NCBI GenBank assembly: GCA_965216565.1
Contig: OZ244170.1
Coordinates: 1,696,001-1,760,000, forward strand
Reading direction: 5' to 3'
Length of the DNA: 64,000 bases
From: Bythopirellula sp.
GTDB taxonomy: Bacteria; Planctomycetota; Planctomycetia; Pirellulales; Lacipirellulaceae
Shown here: positions 61,465 through 64,000 of the stretch, piece after piece
Layout of the letters: every line of letters starts with the position of its first letter
Position numbering within the stretch: the stretch's first letter is position 1
The notes under the pieces: generated by a model
What the model saw: the letters and a program-made list of their open reading frames with translations, nothing else
The model's database searches: none
What the model was told of the DNA's origin: nothing
Made by a program: the position numbers and the translations under genes

Positions 61465-62658
61465 TTGAACGAACTTAAGGATTATGCATGGCTCACGGCC
61501 CCCGAAACCGAACCGCTGCTCCAAGAACTCGCCGCAGACACGTCCCCGCTGCACAGCCAGTTGAAACGGCTGCGCAAAGTTCTCGGGCCAGAACAGGCCC
61601 GCCTGGCAGTCGCTCAGGTTGGCCTGCGAACGAAAGCCCACAACAAGTTTGGCGAACTTGCGGCTCGAATGTTCTTTACGGAAACAACCCTAGAGCAGGC
61701 CACGGATTTGTGGATTGCACGGTACAAAGCAGGTCGCTTTCCTCCAGGCGATTCCCTGATCGACTACTGCACCGGCATCGGCGGCGATTTGCTGGGCCTC
61801 TCCGAGCGTGGCGAGACCATTGGCTACGATCGCTCCGAGGTGATTGCCCATCTGGCCAATGCCAACCTACGCGCGGCCGGGTATCAGCCACCAAGTGAAA
61901 TTCGAGTCGGCAATGTCGAAGACCATCCCCCCAGCGGCTCAGACCTATGGCACCTAGATCCAGACAGACGTTCCGACGGGCGGCGGTCGACGCAACTCCG
62001 TTGGCACATCCCCGACGAAGCAACGATCGCCCAGTGGCTGGAATCGTCAGCGGGGGGAGCGATCAAACTCGCCCCAGCAGCCCAAATCCCTCAGCAATGG
62101 CGAGACAGCGTGGAACAGGAATGGATCTCCCGCAATCGCGAGTGCCGGCAGCTAGTAGTGTGGTCCGGCAGTCTGGCAACGGTTCCAGGCAAGCGCCGGG
62201 CAACAAGAATCTCACAGGCCGGGGAATCTGGAGAATTCGAGGTCGATTTTTATCAGGGTGAGGCGGATAGCGACGTGGATCAAGCCATGGCCATAGAGGA
62301 ATATATCTACGACACCGATCCCGCGATTCGAGCAGCAGGACTCACCGGTAGTTTCGCCAATGACTTGGCCCTCAGGGCATTTCGCACAGGCTCCAGTTAT
62401 CTCACTTCCGGGCATAAGGCCGAACATCCGCTGCTCACCTGCTTCCATGTCCTAAAACAACTTCCACTCAGAGAAAAAGAACTAGCTGGGCTCTTACGGG
62501 AAAGAGAAATAGGCACGCTAGAAATCAAAAAACGCGATCTAGAGATCGACCCCGAAAGCCTGCGCAAGCGTCTCAAACTAAAAGGCACCAATTGGGCTAC
62601 ATTACTGCTAACAAGGATCGGTAAACGCGAGGTTGCGATACTTGCGGAAAGGATCTGA
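61465..62658 (+). CDS. Class I SAM methyltransferase with THUMP-like C-terminus
   Basis: LEQAT, DYCTGIGGD, HLDPDRR, IKLAP, LEIKKR. Confidence 0.88.
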   Translation: MNELKDYAWLTAPETEPLLQELAADTSPLHSQLKRLRKVLGPEQARLAVAQVGLRTKAHNKFGELAARMFFTETTLEQATDLWIARYKAGRFPPGDSLIDYCTGIGGDLLGLSERGETIGYDRSEVIAHLANANLRAAGYQPPSEIRVGNVEDHPPSGSDLWHLDPDRRSDGRRSTQLRWHIPDEATIAQWLESSAGGAIKLAPAAQIPQQWRDSVEQEWISRNRECRQLVVWSGSLATVPGKRRATRISQAGESGEFEVDFYQGEADSDVDQAMAIEEYIYDTDPAIRAAGLTGSFANDLALRAFRTGSSYLTSGHKAEHPLLTCFHVLKQLPLREKELAGLLREREIGTLEIKKRDLEIDPESLRKRLKLKGTNWATLLLTRIGKREVAILAERI

Positions 62659-62775
62659 GTGAATTCACCACACAGACAAATTTCGCCTCTCCAGCTTGCT
62701 TTATCCAGCCGAGTACGACACGATCAAAGCCAGTGCCAATCGATTTGATCCTACGATTCCTGAGGAAGACGCATC

Positions 62776-63639
62776 TTGAAACTCGCATTCAGTAGCAATG
62801 CCTACATGAATTTCTCGATTGAAGAGACGATCTGTAGGATTGCGGACATTGGCTATCGTGGAATCGAGCTATTGGCCGATGTGCCCCATGCCTGGCCGGC
62901 TGGGTTGTTGCCGGAGCGCCGCCAGGCAATTCGCACCGCTTTAGAGAAACATGGCCTGGAAATCTCCAATATCAACGCGTTCATGATGAATGCCGTGGGA
63001 GATCCACGACAACCCTATTGGCACCCGGGTTGGACCGACCCCGACCCGCATTATCGTGCAATTCGCCGCGAGCACACGAAACGTTCGCTGCAGCTGGCCC
63101 AGGATTTGGGGGCCTCGCATATCACTACGGAACCAGGGGGTCATCTCGCGCCCGGGCAATCGCGGGACGATGCAGCGAACATCTTCTACGAGGAGCTAAT
63201 GCCCTGCGTCGAGTTAGCTGAGACGCTTGGTGTGGGGTTATTGATCGAACCGGAACCTGAGCTCTTAATCGAACGCTTCGATCAATATCTAAGCTTCGCC
63301 GAGCGAATCGACTCGGAGAAAGTAGGCCTGAATTTCGACATTGGCCATGCTTACTGCGTGAGCGAGGACCCGCAGGACTGGGTGGCAAAGATGAGCGAGC
63401 ATACCGTGCACTACCATCTGGAAGACATCGCCGCGAGTCGCGTACACGAACATCTTATTCCGGGGCGAGGAGCGATCGACTTTCCAGCGACACTACGCGC
63501 GATCGCCGCCACCGGTTACGAAGGTTGGTTGACGGTGGAACTATATCCGTATGCCGAGGCTCCTGACGATGCTGCCCGAGAGGCACGAGATTTCTTGGTT
63601 GCTAAGTTGTCAGAGCTCAGCCAGTCTGAGTCGACTTAG
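62776..63639 (+). CDS. Sugar phosphate isomerase/epimerase (AP endonuclease 2 TIM barrel), ebo-cluster type
   Basis: IEPEP, NFDIGH, HLED....HEHLIPG.G.IDF, TVELY; TTG start. Confidence 0.88.
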   Translation: MKLAFSSNAYMNFSIEETICRIADIGYRGIELLADVPHAWPAGLLPERRQAIRTALEKHGLEISNINAFMMNAVGDPRQPYWHPGWTDPDPHYRAIRREHTKRSLQLAQDLGASHITTEPGGHLAPGQSRDDAANIFYEELMPCVELAETLGVGLLIEPEPELLIERFDQYLSFAERIDSEKVGLNFDIGHAYCVSEDPQDWVAKMSEHTVHYHLEDIAASRVHEHLIPGRGAIDFPATLRAIAATGYEGWLTVELYPYAEAPDDAAREARDFLVAKLSELSQSEST

Positions 63640-63641
63640 CT

Positions 63642-64000
63642 ATGAGCAAATCTTCCCTCCTAGCCTGGTGGCAATTGCTGCGTGCGGGCAATGTTTTTAC
63701 GGCTGCTTCGAATGTGATTGCCGGCTTTGTTCTCACTCAAGCAACCTGGCAGCCGCTCGGGCCGCTTCTTTTGCTAATCGGAGCTTCTGCTCTACTGTAC
63801 GAAGCAGGGATGGTATTGAACGATGTGTTCGATGCGAAACTTGACGCCCGCGAACGCCCCGAACGCCCCATTCCCTCCGGCCGAATTGGCTCCAGCACTG
63901 CAATTCTTGTCGGTTGGGGAATCCTGCTCACAGGGTTGCTGGCTGCTGGGTCGGCGAGCTATTTGGTCGGTCACTATCGGCCTCTGCTAGTTGCTACGAT
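63642..64000 (+). CDS. UbiA family prenyltransferase (EboC-like), runs off window end
   Basis: Manual translation MSKSSLLAWWQLLRAGNVFTA...GMVLNDVFDAKLDARERPERPIPSGRI. Confidence 0.9.
   Translation, partial: MSKSSLLAWWQLLRAGNVFTAASNVIAGFVLTQATWQPLGPLLLLIGASALLYEAGMVLNDVFDAKLDARERPERPIPSGRIGSSTAILVGWGILLTGLLAAGSASYLVGHYRPLLVAT

Overview
Core-genome window from a Planctomycete, most likely Pirellulales/Lacipirellulaceae. This is inferred from the PEP-CTERM protein with paired DxNxDGxVDG repeats, the short SecA paralog, the planctomycete-type flagellin domains and the repeat families. Housekeeping genes include aroA, an FdhF/YdeP oxidoreductase, queG, a Dus enzyme, recQ, fabI and a stand-alone dnaA. 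Also present are ABC and RND transporters, secreted peptidases, a divergent 7-gene Wzx/Wzy polysaccharide locus and the start of an ebo-like operon. I see no transposase, phage gene, CRISPR-Cas, rRNA or tRNA. The main leads are: (1) a small secreted precursor with a double-Gly-like motif and a 54-aa His/Lys-rich amphipathic tail (55692-56036); (2) a neighbouring 5 x 88-bp hairpin array closed by terminal inverted repeats, plus MITE/REP elements bracketing dnaA; (3) a polysaccharide locus matching the Caulobacter holdfast gene families; (4) an orphan flagellin-like protein with nested domains; (5) a candidate CsrA-sponge sRNA; and (6) an exported ClpP-fold protease. All functional calls come from motif recognition by eye; no searches were run.
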